Shown: positions 9,577 through 19,399 of the stretch, piece after piece
Layout: each line of letters opens with the position of its first letter
How positions within the stretch are numbered: the stretch's first letter is position 1
Source of the DNA: a virus
Direction: 5' to 3' (one strand)
DNA: 64,000 bases
IMG/VR virus record: IMGVR_UViG_3300037011_000606
Span: 31,098 to 95,097 of that record
Position numbers and translations under genes: made by a program
Notes under the pieces: generated by a model
What the model was told of the DNA's origin: nothing
Seen by the model: the letters and a program-made list of their open reading frames with translations, nothing else
The model's database searches: none

Positions 9577-12159
9577 TTAACCCACCGAGCCTCTATACTG
9601 ATTGCTCAACCTCTTCATAGACTCATCGGCAGCATCCACAATAGTGCTCTTTAACTTCCTCTCTGACATAGCACCATGTATCTGTGTTCCAGACACATTA
9701 ACATTAACCACTGGAGCAAAAGCTCTCCCACTCCTCGCATTAACACTCCCTTCAAAAGAACTCCTAACACCAAATCCAACCCTTCCTTTTCCCCCTCTCA
9801 AATTGTTAATCCCCTCACCTAGAGAGTTAACGGAATCTAGAGCAGCCTCAGAATCTAACTGCATATCATGGAAGAAGGGCGAATGAGATCCACTGTTCTC
9901 ATAACTATCTCCAGTTGCCCCAAAAGCTTGAGCCAGCGAGGCCAAAGCACCAACAACTACCATTATCGAAGCGGCAATCAATATCAGAGGGTTAGCCCAT
10001 AAGGCAGCATTCAACGCCCACATTACTATAATCACTCCACCAATTATCGAAGCCAACCATCCAAGCCCACTAGCCACCAACATAATTAAGCTTGCAAACA
10101 GCATCAATGGACTTATTCTCATAACAAAGTTCATAATTCTCTGGGCATTCGAAACTGCATTAGTCGCAAACAAATACACCCAAAGTTTTTGTGCGGCTAA
10201 TACTAAAGCATCTCCATGACCCTTTAGACTAATTGCTGAAGCCCATGACCAAAATGCATGCATTTTATCAGCTGCCGCCGCAGCCCAAGCAGCAGCAGCC
10301 TTTTTAGTAAACCCAGCAGCAACCAGCTTCGACCTCACCCACAATAAGAACAATGCTGAGGCTAATATCATTACCGTAGTAGCTAATATCTTCATAGCTG
10401 TATTACCAGTATGATAAGCCTTAATCAATAGGATAAACGACGCAAACATCAATGTGAAGTATATAGTGCATATCATTAAGGGAGCTACAACTCTCCACAA
10501 TGAAGCCGCCAACATATTGGCAGACTTAGCCAACAACTTATAACTCTCTTTCATAAGAGAAGCATTATTTATCATCGCTTGCCTTCCCAATATAGCATTT
10601 GTCGATTCAATCTGAGTATTCACGACTGATTGTGCTGCTGCAACCAACACCAATGTACCTACGAAGGTCATTAGCTGACCGCCCACTTTAGCAAGAGTAG
10701 AACCCACTAACAACGAAACAGCCACCACTTGCTTAAATGCAGGAGGCAACTGATTAACTAACTTAACCAACTCCGTTAACAGACTATTCATATCCTTAAA
10801 CATGGGAGCCAAACTCTCGCCAAAGGACGCATACAATGTATTAATAGTTGCATTCAATATATCTGTCGTCCCTTTCAACGTCTTTAATCTCTCATCTACT
10901 ATCTCCCCAGCCACCGAAGCTTGTTTAACAACATCTATCCACTTCTCAGAGGTACTAGTCAACACCTTAATAATATTCTCCACACTATCTGCAGAAATAC
11001 CCATCTGCCCTAACTGTATTCTCAGATCATTAATGTCCACAGTTCTATTTTTTAGCTGCTCCTTCCACCCCATTAACACCTTAGTAACATCCCCGCCGAA
11101 CTTAACCATCAATGCTTCCTTCGCTCCTACTGCCGCGAGCCCCAACTCTGTATCTCTCAAATCCTTAACATTTGAGCTATAGAGCGCTGACCATAAGGTC
11201 AAAGCTTCAGTTCCAAATATAGATTGCAAAGCAGCATTCCTCTGAACAGTAGACAGATCCTTTAGCTTATCCTGCAACTCCTCTACTATATCAGCCATCC
11301 CTTTGAGCGACCCATCTGTTTTAAGAATCTCTAACCCATACATCTTAACAGTAGCCGCTCCACCAGCTATTGTTCCCTGAGATGCTGCAGCAATCTTCTG
11401 CAAATTGACCAATGAAATTCTTAACGCCCTACCTGCTATGCCCGCCCTAATCATATTATCTCCAGCGGTCATCAATACGGTCATAGTCTCTTCGAATGAC
11501 CAATGTGCCAAATCAGCAGCAGCTGCTACATACTTAAATGCCTCTCCCAGACTCTGAACCGTAACCACCGAAGAATTTGCAGCATATGCCAACTCTCCAG
11601 TTATGCCAGACATAGTCTGCATAATACTATTAGCATCTCTCGCTTTCATCGAAAACCCATTAAATACACCTACCGCAAGGTCAGTGGCCTCTTGAACACT
11701 AATCATGCCAACTCTGGCCAAATCCAAAACACCCTTCGTCGCAGCCATCGTCTCAGTGAGATTAAAGCCTGCCATAGCTAAGGACTGCATAGCCTGGCCA
11801 ACTTCCTTAGCAGTAAATCCAGTCTGTACGCTAAGGGCCAACATCTCCTCAGTTACCTTCCTAGTCTGTTCAGCAGTAGCCCCCAATACAGTCCCTACTA
11901 TAGAAGCTTGATACTCCACATCTGAAAATGCACTAGTCATCTGACTAACTACTTTCCCAACCGTATTCCCAATCCTATTTAAAACTCCACCCGCTGCCAT
12001 TAATCCAAAAGCCATATAAAGAAACGTGGTTCTCGACTGACTCATCTTAACGCCAGTCTCATCAAGTACATTACCAACCTGTTTAAATTGTTGCTGAGCC
12101 TGCGAGGTATTAGATGTGACTAATATATGGGCGTGCCCTGTAACACTGCTATCTGCCAT
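9577..12159 (-). CDS. tail tape measure protein (TP901-type core)
   Basis: TGFTAKEVGQAMQSLAMAG, LGEAFKYVA, AGRALR, IFGTEA; hydrophobic C-terminal half. Confidence 0.95.
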   Translation of the reverse strand: MADSSVTGHAHILVTSNTSQAQQQFKQVGNVLDETGVKMSQSRTTFLYMAFGLMAAGGVLNRIGNTVGKVVSQMTSAFSDVEYQASIVGTVLGATAEQTRKVTEEMLALSVQTGFTAKEVGQAMQSLAMAGFNLTETMAATKGVLDLARVGMISVQEATDLAVGVFNGFSMKARDANSIMQTMSGITGELAYAANSSVVTVQSLGEAFKYVAAAADLAHWSFEETMTVLMTAGDNMIRAGIAGRALRISLVNLQKIAAASQGTIAGGAATVKMYGLEILKTDGSLKGMADIVEELQDKLKDLSTVQRNAALQSIFGTEALTLWSALYSSNVKDLRDTELGLAAVGAKEALMVKFGGDVTKVLMGWKEQLKNRTVDINDLRIQLGQMGISADSVENIIKVLTSTSEKWIDVVKQASVAGEIVDERLKTLKGTTDILNATINTLYASFGESLAPMFKDMNSLLTELVKLVNQLPPAFKQVVAVSLLVGSTLAKVGGQLMTFVGTLVLVAAAQSVVNTQIESTNAILGRQAMINNASLMKESYKLLAKSANMLAASLWRVVAPLMICTIYFTLMFASFILLIKAYHTGNTAMKILATTVMILASALFLLWVRSKLVAAGFTKKAAAAWAAAAADKMHAFWSWASAISLKGHGDALVLAAQKLWVYLFATNAVSNAQRIMNFVMRISPLMLFASLIMLVASGLGWLASIIGGVIIVMWALNAALWANPLILIAASIMVVVGALASLAQAFGATGDSYENSGSHSPFFHDMQLDSEAALDSVNSLGEGINNLRGGKGRVGFGVRSSFEGSVNARSGRAFAPVVNVNVSGTQIHGAMSERKLKSTIVDAADESMKRLSNQYRGSVG

Positions 12160-12380
12160 CAATCCATCTCCATAAATTGAAACCTGTTAAGATGATTACC
12201 GTGAGAACCACTCATTTGTTTAAACTGTCCTGACTGCATCTCATACCATTTGGTTAAGGCCAAAGCATACCTCATTGTCTTTCTTATGGGCCATGCTCTG
12301 ACCTCTTCCACATCTTTATTAAACTCTTTTGCTATGAGATAGAAGTCGTATTCATCTTCTACCTCTAACTCTGCTTTTTT
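12159..12380 (-). CDS. -1 frameshift extension of the tail chaperone (GT-like)
   Basis: AAAAAAG at 12380-12374; -1 frame open for ~72 codons (KAELEVEDEYDFYLIAKEFNKDVEEVRAWP...) to a TGA overlapping the tape measure ATG. Confidence 0.8.
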   Translation of the reverse strand, partial: KKAELEVEDEYDFYLIAKEFNKDVEEVRAWPIRKTMRYALALTKWYEMQSGQFKQMSGSHGNHLNRFQFMEMD

Positions 12381-12700
12381 CGAGCCATCTCCGTCAGGCC
12401 GAGTAACTCCTCGACTTCACCAACGAGAGTAATCCTAACCACTCCTCTCAGATCTCTCGACCAGTCAATCTTTGGCTCGATAATAACCGCCTTGAGCAAC
12501 TCCTTAGCATAAGTCTCTTGATCCATCTTTCCATCCTTATCTGTTGCTGACCTAGTCAATGCGAATATTTCCGCGCCGCCTATGTCTCTGCACTTAAACT
12601 GTATACCGAAGGCCTCGAAGGTAAAAAATTCCTCCTTATAATACAGCTTCTCGAGATCGGGCTTCGATCCCTCTGCCTCTGGGGTTTTCCCAACTACCAT
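12365..12700 (-). CDS. tail assembly chaperone (G-like)
   Basis: Between tube and tape measure; GGAGG RBS; ends in slippery A-AAA-AAG. Confidence 0.8.
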   Translation of the reverse strand: MVVGKTPEAEGSKPDLEKLYYKEEFFTFEAFGIQFKCRDIGGAEIFALTRSATDKDGKMDQETYAKELLKAVIIEPKIDWSRDLRGVVRITLVGEVEELLGLTEMARKKQS

Positions 12701-12726
12701 ATTCCTTCCTCCTAATTATTGAGCGT

Positions 12727-12741
12727 GAAAAAAGAAAAAAG
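12727..12741 (-). terminator. oligo-T terminator after the tail tube gene
   Basis: TTTTTTCTTTTTTC on the - strand just downstream of the stop. Confidence 0.5.
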
Positions 12742-12752
12742 ATACTACGAGA

Positions 12753-13190
12753 TTAATTCGTATTCTCGTAGTATCCATATCCCGAAAACTTATACACGTA
12801 CACCGGAGCGTTCTTCTTGTCGGTCTTGAACTCTGGGAAGCCCTGCGGCATCGCAAAGTGCATACCCTTTACTTTGAAGCCATACGCTTTTTCAAAGTCG
12901 CTCTCTACAGAGATGACAAACGTCACCGGAGTCAACGATCCTTCCTTTGCCTGTTCTATCAATCCTCTCAGGTAATCATTCTCAGGCGAAGAAGCGTTCA
13001 GTGCGATTGTTGCCTCGGCCTTAGTAGAGGTATCAACGTTGAACCCCACTTCACTGACCAATCCATCAATCACAGAGGACTCGCTCGCTGGAGTTATTCC
13101 GAAACCCTCAGGAGCCACTCCCGTCATAGGTTTGCCACCTATCGTGCACTTTACCTTCTTTATGTTGAACACTTGCGCTGTATCAGCCAT
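12753..13190 (-). CDS. tail tube protein
   Basis: 145 aa, directly after sheath; ATIALNASSPENDYL motif; high-expression codon usage. Confidence 0.8.
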   Translation of the reverse strand: MADTAQVFNIKKVKCTIGGKPMTGVAPEGFGITPASESSVIDGLVSEVGFNVDTSTKAEATIALNASSPENDYLRGLIEQAKEGSLTPVTFVISVESDFEKAYGFKVKGMHFAMPQGFPEFKTDKKNAPVYVYKFSGYGYYENTN

Positions 13191-13200
13191 TTACATCACC

Positions 13201-14523
13201 TCACACCGAGATCGCCAAGTTAATGGTGATCGACTCTATATGCCCAGTCAGATATACGGTGACATAGATGTTGTCCAGCAACCTCGCGGTCTTATCTCCC
13301 GCGGTAATATCATCGTAGTCAGGCATATTGACAACGAACCCCTTTCTGAATGTTCCATTATCCATAAAGGGCTGTTTCAGGGCGCCCAACTCGACCGCAT
13401 TCTGCAAGGTCTGCTCTATGCAAGCCTTAACCGTATCTATTCCGGACTTGTCAAACGGCACAGGGTTGTTCGCTATCAGCGTCTCCAAATCCCAGATGAT
13501 ATTCTCCTCGAGGTAGTATCTCGTTCTCGTCACATCTATGAACTTGTACGCCGATGACCCACCAGCCATCGACAAACCATCTGACGGTCTCCACATGCTC
13601 TGCTTCAGGATAAGTGCATTCTCGGATGCGGCTTCGAATGCGGTTACCTGAGACTTTGTGAACTGACTGATGCTAGCATCATGCAATCCAAGCAAGGTCT
13701 TCCACATTATCTTATCCCAAGGTTCTGTCACAGCTATCCTACCAGCCAATACCGCACCTACATCATCAGCCGCATTCGTATCCAGGTGCGCTATAGTTAT
13801 GACATTCCTCGAAGTGTAGGACAGCTTGGCATCCGTCTTAAGATCCTTCAGCTGCGTTGCCGCAACTTCATCTCCCCTGCCGCATATGGGCATTATCCAC
13901 GCATAGGTGTCCGCAATGTCCGCTATATTGGCGAGTATTCCCCAATCCTGAGGACCAGCTCCACCGTTGCCTCCAGTGCCATCAGTATACGCGCAAAAGT
14001 AGATGATATCTACTAATCGCTCGTAGTCCTTAACGGCTGTTATAAACGTAGACATAACATAGTAGTCGTAGGCAACATCTTTGGCGACAGCACCATTGAT
14101 AAATATCTGAGTTCCCTCAGTACCTATCTGTGCCTTGCTTGCTCCTGGATCCTCCGGCGGGCCTTTGTAGTCATACTCTATGGTAAAGGCAGCAATTGCC
14201 ACCGTTCCACCTTTCACAGGTCCGAAGTCCAGCGTGTGTGCAGCCCCAGCAGCAGTGTTCTCAACAGCCACCGTGGTCTTGTTTATCTTAACCGCATAGA
14301 AGTAATCTACCCCTTGTGCGATCAGATTCACGGCTGCCTTGTACACCTTGCTAGAGTTCAGGAAGTCCGTTGCTAGGTCCGCGAGGTTAGTATATCGGGT
14401 GACAGTATTCACACCCAATACCCCGCCCTCATTCTCACCTACCAGGAGAACACTCCCCCAGCTTGGCTGAACTTCTCCAGCTGCCAGAATCGTCGTATCA
14501 ACAGTTATTGGATCAACCGGCAT
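13201..14523 (-). CDS. contractile tail sheath protein
   Basis: WKTL.G, FIDVTRTRYYLEE, VPFDKSGI, GDKTARLL..I.V...L.G.I..I.I C-terminal sheath motifs. Confidence 0.9.
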   Translation of the reverse strand: MPVDPITVDTTILAAGEVQPSWGSVLLVGENEGGVLGVNTVTRYTNLADLATDFLNSSKVYKAAVNLIAQGVDYFYAVKINKTTVAVENTAAGAAHTLDFGPVKGGTVAIAAFTIEYDYKGPPEDPGASKAQIGTEGTQIFINGAVAKDVAYDYYVMSTFITAVKDYERLVDIIYFCAYTDGTGGNGGAGPQDWGILANIADIADTYAWIMPICGRGDEVAATQLKDLKTDAKLSYTSRNVITIAHLDTNAADDVGAVLAGRIAVTEPWDKIMWKTLLGLHDASISQFTKSQVTAFEAASENALILKQSMWRPSDGLSMAGGSSAYKFIDVTRTRYYLEENIIWDLETLIANNPVPFDKSGIDTVKACIEQTLQNAVELGALKQPFMDNGTFRKGFVVNMPDYDDITAGDKTARLLDNIYVTVYLTGHIESITINLAISV

Positions 14524-14528
14524 CTAAA

Positions 14529-14891
14529 TCACCCCAGCTTAGGAGACTCTACTTTCGGCGTTCCATTCCTCTTCTGATCTACAAGCTTCTTCAGCTCGGC
14601 CGCGGACAACTTCAAGTAGTCTTTTATGCCTAGGTTTTTGGCCGCCATTCTCAGCTTCATGTCCGTAGCGTCGGGCTTGCTAGCCTCAACACTCGGAACC
14701 GACGGCTTATCTCCTTCCTTAGGCTCGACGTACTCCTTGTAGTCTATTAGGCCGATCCTCATAGCCTTCTTCATCTCATCCGTTTCCTTGTCGACAATGC
14801 ACGACTCCCCAGACATCAAGATTTTCTTTCCTGAGTTGAGCAGCTGTACATTTCGCTTCGCTGTTATTTCATACCTAACCATTTCAAACAC
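14529..14891 (-). CDS. small protein with a Rho-N/HeH-like helical domain
   Basis: LRMAAKNLGIKDYLKLSAAELKKLV after a low-complexity linker. Confidence 0.55.
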   Translation of the reverse strand: MFEMVRYEITAKRNVQLLNSGKKILMSGESCIVDKETDEMKKAMRIGLIDYKEYVEPKEGDKPSVPSVEASKPDATDMKLRMAAKNLGIKDYLKLSAAELKKLVDQKRNGTPKVESPKLG

Positions 14892-14895
14892 CTCA

Positions 14896-15681
14896 CTAAT
14901 TCATCGTCATATCTTCAACTACTATTGTCTCTATTGCTTCCTTCTCTGTCAGTTCGAACAACTCTGTATACCAAACATCCATAGTGATTTGGCGTCGCCT
15001 AACCTCCTCCCCAACCACCTGAAAGTCCAAATCAGCAATATTAGATATACCTACCAGAGCAAACAAACAACCTGTAATATCTTCAGCATTATACTTGAAG
15101 AACTTCCACACATCCATAGCCAGCTGATCAGCTATTAATATCCCATTTAATTGAGCTTTAGGCAATGGTGTGCTTGACTCTGTATCCTTCGTCCAAATAT
15201 TAACTACTAATGTATCAGAGAACATCCCACCGACGTATCTCCTAACCCATGCGTGGTGATAAGTGACACTAACATCTGTATTAGTATCTGGATATGTGGG
15301 CCCTAGAAACTTAATACTCGTATGATATGGATGAGTTCCACCTGCCAACTCATACCATATTGGGTTAAGTGTAGTTACCACTCCACCTACCAACCCAACT
15401 ACCTCATCTATTTCCATTGCATAATCCATTTCTAAAACATAGGTTGAAGTTCCAGTCAAGTAGTGAACGATGCTTGTAGAATGATCTACGTGCTTAAAAT
15501 TATTATCCAAAGTTCCAGGCTTCTCCACCTGATGATTAGTATATTCTAGCGTAATCGCCGGAAATTGTTCATAGGTATACTGATTAACATACCTCTTAAC
15601 TACAGTCAGCGTCTTACCGCTAACCACGACTGAGGTTGGCAACCCCTGATATATTATCCTTTTCTGTGCTGCACTTAACAT
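14896..15681 (-). CDS. tail terminator / tail completion protein
   Basis: FPAITLEY motif; position upstream of sheath. Confidence 0.6.
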   Translation of the reverse strand: MLSAAQKRIIYQGLPTSVVVSGKTLTVVKRYVNQYTYEQFPAITLEYTNHQVEKPGTLDNNFKHVDHSTSIVHYLTGTSTYVLEMDYAMEIDEVVGLVGGVVTTLNPIWYELAGGTHPYHTSIKFLGPTYPDTNTDVSVTYHHAWVRRYVGGMFSDTLVVNIWTKDTESSTPLPKAQLNGILIADQLAMDVWKFFKYNAEDITGCLFALVGISNIADLDFQVVGEEVRRRQITMDVWYTELFELTEKEAIETIVVEDMTMN

Positions 15682-16064
15682 TAATCCACCTTCGACACAC
15701 CATATAACATAACATTGAAGCTAGAATATTCCTCAATGCTATGTATCTTCCAAATTATTCCAGCAGCATCTCTCACTTTATCCCCTATCTTAAACGTTGG
15801 CAAATCATCTCCATCCTCATCTGTTTGCCCCAGCCTATAATACAATACCGAATCTCCAGTATACTTCATTCCATTTGTGCCCAAAGTCAAATTCTGGTTA
15901 AATTGAGCCACGCCAAGGGGCGTTTGGAATGAAGCTTTGAAATCTACTTCAGTCGCGGGATCCTTAACCACATACCCATCAGCATCTACAGTATCAGGGT
16001 CGTCTATTATCAAAGTGAAATCCTTTTCGAAAGGAATGAATGCGCTGCCCATATCTCCAAACAT
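15681..16064 (-). CDS. head closure / stopper protein
   Basis: 127 aa beta-rich, GDKV..AG..WKI; neck module position. Confidence 0.6.
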   Translation of the reverse strand: MFGDMGSAFIPFEKDFTLIIDDPDTVDADGYVVKDPATEVDFKASFQTPLGVAQFNQNLTLGTNGMKYTGDSVLYYRLGQTDEDGDDLPTFKIGDKVRDAAGIIWKIHSIEEYSSFNVMLYGVSKVD

Positions 16065-16075
16065 TTAATCATCCT

Positions 16076-17134
16076 CTAATATTCTCTCCAGCCATACTCA
16101 TGAAATGCTGGATTAGTCATATTAAACCCGCGGCTTGGATTATAAGAATGTCCCACATCCTGTAGATAGTTCATCTTCGAAGTATTCACCCACTTCTGAT
16201 AATCCATCATACTCCACTCGCCGGTCTTAAGCTTAACATCAGCTGCTTTAGACCTTATAGATTGCAGCACATAAGCTGGCTCGCGTCTATAACCTCTATC
16301 TCTATTCATTATTGCGCATTCTTTCTCCCACTCTTTAATTATAGAAGGCAATACCTTATCTAACTCCTTCATAATGGCCCCTATAATAGGCCTTCTAGGA
16401 ATATGAATCCACTTCTTCTCCATAGCTATATGCCATCCAATACTATGCAGAAAATTCCTCATCTTCGGAGTAACACCTATATCCATACCATTCTCATGTA
16501 TGCATACTAAGTCGGGCCTATTAAACACAACGTCAAATGCGGGTTCACTCCCCTCTACACCGACAATCGTTGGAGGAGTAGACAACCCACCCGATTGTAC
16601 CAACACATGACTCATACTCTCTACATTCTTACCGAAGTTATAATCAGCAACCTCATTCGGATCAGCATACGCCCAAACAGCTCTCGCCCAAGGTTTCGGG
16701 AAAGGATTCTGATACATACTATCACTATGTTCCCCTCTGCCCTTAGGTCGCAAGTTTCTATCGGGCAGATTAGTAAGGGCATACTCTAAAGTACCAACAT
16801 TCGACAACTCAATCCTTTGAGATTTAATAGATATCGTTACCCTACACAACCTATCCCACTGTGTATCTCCTAACCTTCCATCCTTAAACAAATCTATATG
16901 CATTCGGCGAATTCTATCAGCTATCTTATACAACAACCCCTTCACATTATCGAAGGTATTCTCATCAACCAAAGGTTTCTTATCAGCCGGCTTATCAGCA
17001 TGATCTGTTGAAACGAAACCATTAATCAAATCGTAGAAAAATCCGGTCCTGGTCAAACTATCTACAGTTTCAACATTGCCTGTAGTGTATACTTGCGTTG
17101 ACCATGATGCGGTACCTAGCATTGCGCCAGCCAT
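16076..17134 (-). CDS. neck / virion morphogenesis protein
   Basis: IHENG..I.VTPKMRNFL...IHIPRRPII motif typical of virion morphogenesis proteins. Confidence 0.65.
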   Translation of the reverse strand: MAGAMLGTASWSTQVYTTGNVETVDSLTRTGFFYDLINGFVSTDHADKPADKKPLVDENTFDNVKGLLYKIADRIRRMHIDLFKDGRLGDTQWDRLCRVTISIKSQRIELSNVGTLEYALTNLPDRNLRPKGRGEHSDSMYQNPFPKPWARAVWAYADPNEVADYNFGKNVESMSHVLVQSGGLSTPPTIVGVEGSEPAFDVVFNRPDLVCIHENGMDIGVTPKMRNFLHSIGWHIAMEKKWIHIPRRPIIGAIMKELDKVLPSIIKEWEKECAIMNRDRGYRREPAYVLQSIRSKAADVKLKTGEWSMMDYQKWVNTSKMNYLQDVGHSYNPSRGFNMTNPAFHEYGWREY

Positions 17135-17168
17135 TTGGCATCCCTCGAGGGTATTCCTCTCGGAATAA

Positions 17169-17567
17169 CTACTCTAGATTATCATCTTCTCCACTTTCTA
17201 TCGGATCTTCTGGCCTATCATCAAACATAGGCGTTGAAGTACTTATAAAGACGCCACTTCCAATTATTTCGGCCCATGCGTCATCAGCGTCAGCTTTTAA
17301 CTCATTCAACTTCAATTCCCACTCATTCTTAACCTGCAAGTCACCCTGCTTTAACATTGAATACGTCTTACTTATTGCAAAAGATCGCAAGGCGGCCGTT
17401 GCCCTAATAAAACGACGAGCTCCTCTAGAAGTAACCTCATATCCCTGATCTTCCATCCAACCTTGTACATCTTCTATCTTCTGTAGGATGGTATCGTCAG
17501 TTACCTCTCCAGTACTAATGTTGTTGAGAGCAACTCTCACTTCGTTTATTGTTACATCGGTCGCCAT
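17169..17567 (-). CDS. head-tail adaptor protein
   Basis: VTINEVR..L....VTDDTI...I helical N-terminus; first gene after capsid. Confidence 0.6.
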   Translation of the reverse strand: MATDVTINEVRVALNNISTGEVTDDTILQKIEDVQGWMEDQGYEVTSRGARRFIRATAALRSFAISKTYSMLKQGDLQVKNEWELKLNELKADADDAWAEIIGSGVFISTSTPMFDDRPEDPIESGEDDNLE

Positions 17568-17575
17568 GCAAGCAC

Positions 17576-17608
17576 CAAAATAAAAAATAAGAGGACTAGT
17601 GAGTCCCC
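17576..17608 (-). terminator. terminator after the major capsid gene
   Basis: GGACT-CACT-AGTCC hairpin followed by TTATTTTTTATTTT. Confidence 0.65.
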
Positions 17609-18427
17609 TTACGTCAGCAGTCCAGTCAATTCCCTGCCCGCAGCTGAAACTCCCAGCAGCGGCTGCTGGAACTTCGCGACGGCATAGCCCTTGTTGAACT
17701 TGGCTCCACCATCGTACTGGCTCACTATGGTCGGCCCATCCGCGAGCGTAACGAAAGACGCCTTCCTATCTCCGATGATTGCCGTTGCGGCAACCAACGC
17801 TGCATCTCTCATTATCTCGAGATCGCCAATCATAGTTATGGCACCCGGCAGCACAGTCCTTCCTTCAGGATACGCGCCCCTCACATATGTGTTCGCAAGG
17901 AAGCTCGCATATACCGAGGACTGCATGCATATGACATCAGGCGAGTAACCAAGCTCTTCGAGCGTAGCCACCACCGGCATGATATCATCCATCGGGTTCG
18001 TGGCCGAAGCCTTCCAATTGCCGCCAGACACATCGATCAGTCCAACGAGTACCTCTCCTATCTGCTTGTTCTCCATCCTAGCGAGATCCCTGGCACCATC
18101 AGATACCTGAACCTGCATCAGATTAAACTTCGACTTGAGCGAAGCCTCATCCGACATGACTATGTGGATGACATTCTTCCAGCACTCGAAGTCCAGATCA
18201 GTGAAAGCAGCTGCATTGATTGCCCCTTCCACATTCTCAGGCACCTTCTCCTGACCAGCCATTACAGTCCCAATCGGGATGTGTGCTATGATCTCATTAC
18301 CAAGGTCAAAGACCCGGCAGAGCTTCCTCAGGTTGTACTGTGGCCTGGCCAATCCCAAGATCTCCTCTACGAAGACCTGGGCCTTCATCGCATCCGTAAC
18401 ATTATCCTTAATAATTATACCAGCCAT
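17609..18427 (-). CDS. major capsid protein (HK97 fold)
   Basis: EKVPENVE, ARDLARMENKQI; GGTGA RBS; optimized codons; follows protease, scaffold and cement genes. Confidence 0.85.
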   Translation of the reverse strand: MAGIIIKDNVTDAMKAQVFVEEILGLARPQYNLRKLCRVFDLGNEIIAHIPIGTVMAGQEKVPENVEGAINAAAFTDLDFECWKNVIHIVMSDEASLKSKFNLMQVQVSDGARDLARMENKQIGEVLVGLIDVSGGNWKASATNPMDDIMPVVATLEELGYSPDVICMQSSVYASFLANTYVRGAYPEGRTVLPGAITMIGDLEIMRDAALVAATAIIGDRKASFVTLADGPTIVSQYDGGAKFNKGYAVAKFQQPLLGVSAAGRELTGLLT

Positions 18428-18437
18428 GTGTATCACC

Positions 18438-18827
18438 TCACTGCAGAAGCAGTACCTCAGTCTCTGTCGCGGCCTTCACCGCATCCACCATAACGGTTCC
18501 TACAATGCTCATCAGGGTATCCTTATCCTGAGTAAGCAGAGCAGCAGCCGTTGCATTCCACTTGACGGACTGTCCCTGGAGCTGTATCTCGTTAGCCTTG
18601 GCGATTATGACACATCCCCTCAGCATAACGCGCAGCTCAACCTGTCCGGCACCTGTAGCTGCGTTCATTGCAACCCCATGGGGCCCAACGCCAGCATCAC
18701 CACAGACATTCCATCCATCAGTATCGAAGATGACAACTTGTCCCTTCGTTACAGTCACACCGGTCTTCGTAAGACCCTTCACGATCAAATACGGAAATCC
18801 ATCTCTTGTTATTTCACCTACTGCCAT
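18438..18827 (-). CDS. capsid cement / decoration protein
   Basis: VTKGQVV...PHGVA..A..GAG.V...LRG; Gly/Ala/Val-rich, immediately before capsid. Confidence 0.7.
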   Translation of the reverse strand: MAVGEITRDGFPYLIVKGLTKTGVTVTKGQVVIFDTDGWNVCGDAGVGPHGVAMNAATGAGQVELRVMLRGCVIIAKANEIQLQGQSVKWNATAAALLTQDKDTLMSIVGTVMVDAVKAATETEVLLLQ

Positions 18828-18838
18828 TCAAATCACCT

Positions 18839-19333
18839 CTACTTGAGAGCATCCTCATGCCCAAAGTATTCCTTTCGGATAGTGCGCCTCTTCGCTTCCA
18901 TCTCAGAGAGGTTTCTCTCCGCTTCTGTCGGCTGAACTCCAGCAGTCTTCGGCTTGGGGTCGCCAACCGGAGGCTGAACAGACAGCTTCTCAATATCTTC
19001 CTTGAGAACTGTAAGCTCGGTCTTCGAAAGCTTAGTAAGTCGCTCTATATCCTTGGTCTTATCCTCCACTTTGGAGAGTCCCTTCGCAATGCGACCATCA
19101 ACAATGGAATTGAGGAGCTTATCCACTTCCATCTTGTCGATAGCTGCAAGCTGCTTGGACAACTCGTCCACTTTCTGCATAAGGGACGCCTTCTCCTTCT
19201 CCAAAGTCGCCTTCTCCGCCTTTAGAGAATCTATCTCCTGGGCAAGAGTCGCCAACTTCGGGTCGGGCTGCGACCCTGCAGTTGCCGGAGGATACGCTGC
19301 ATTATCAACCTTCTTTTCATCTGTTTCCGGCAT
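18839..19333 (-). CDS. capsid scaffolding protein (coiled coil)
   Basis: Heptad-rich, 164 aa from the ATG at 19333 with AGGTG RBS and its own promoter. Confidence 0.7.
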   Translation of the reverse strand: MPETDEKKVDNAAYPPATAGSQPDPKLATLAQEIDSLKAEKATLEKEKASLMQKVDELSKQLAAIDKMEVDKLLNSIVDGRIAKGLSKVEDKTKDIERLTKLSKTELTVLKEDIEKLSVQPPVGDPKPKTAGVQPTEAERNLSEMEAKRRTIRKEYFGHEDALK

Positions 19334-19344
19334 TGAATTACACC

Positions 19345-19398
19345 TATATATATATATCTCGTACAAAGAATATATACAGGCAGGGAGGGGTATTGACT
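19345..19398 (-). promoter_or_regulatory. late promoter with 17-bp upstream motif
   Basis: AGTCAATACCCCTCCCT, TGTATATAT TATA-like box and CGAGATATAT; same motif at 43732-43748. Confidence 0.65.
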
Positions 19399-19399
19399 C

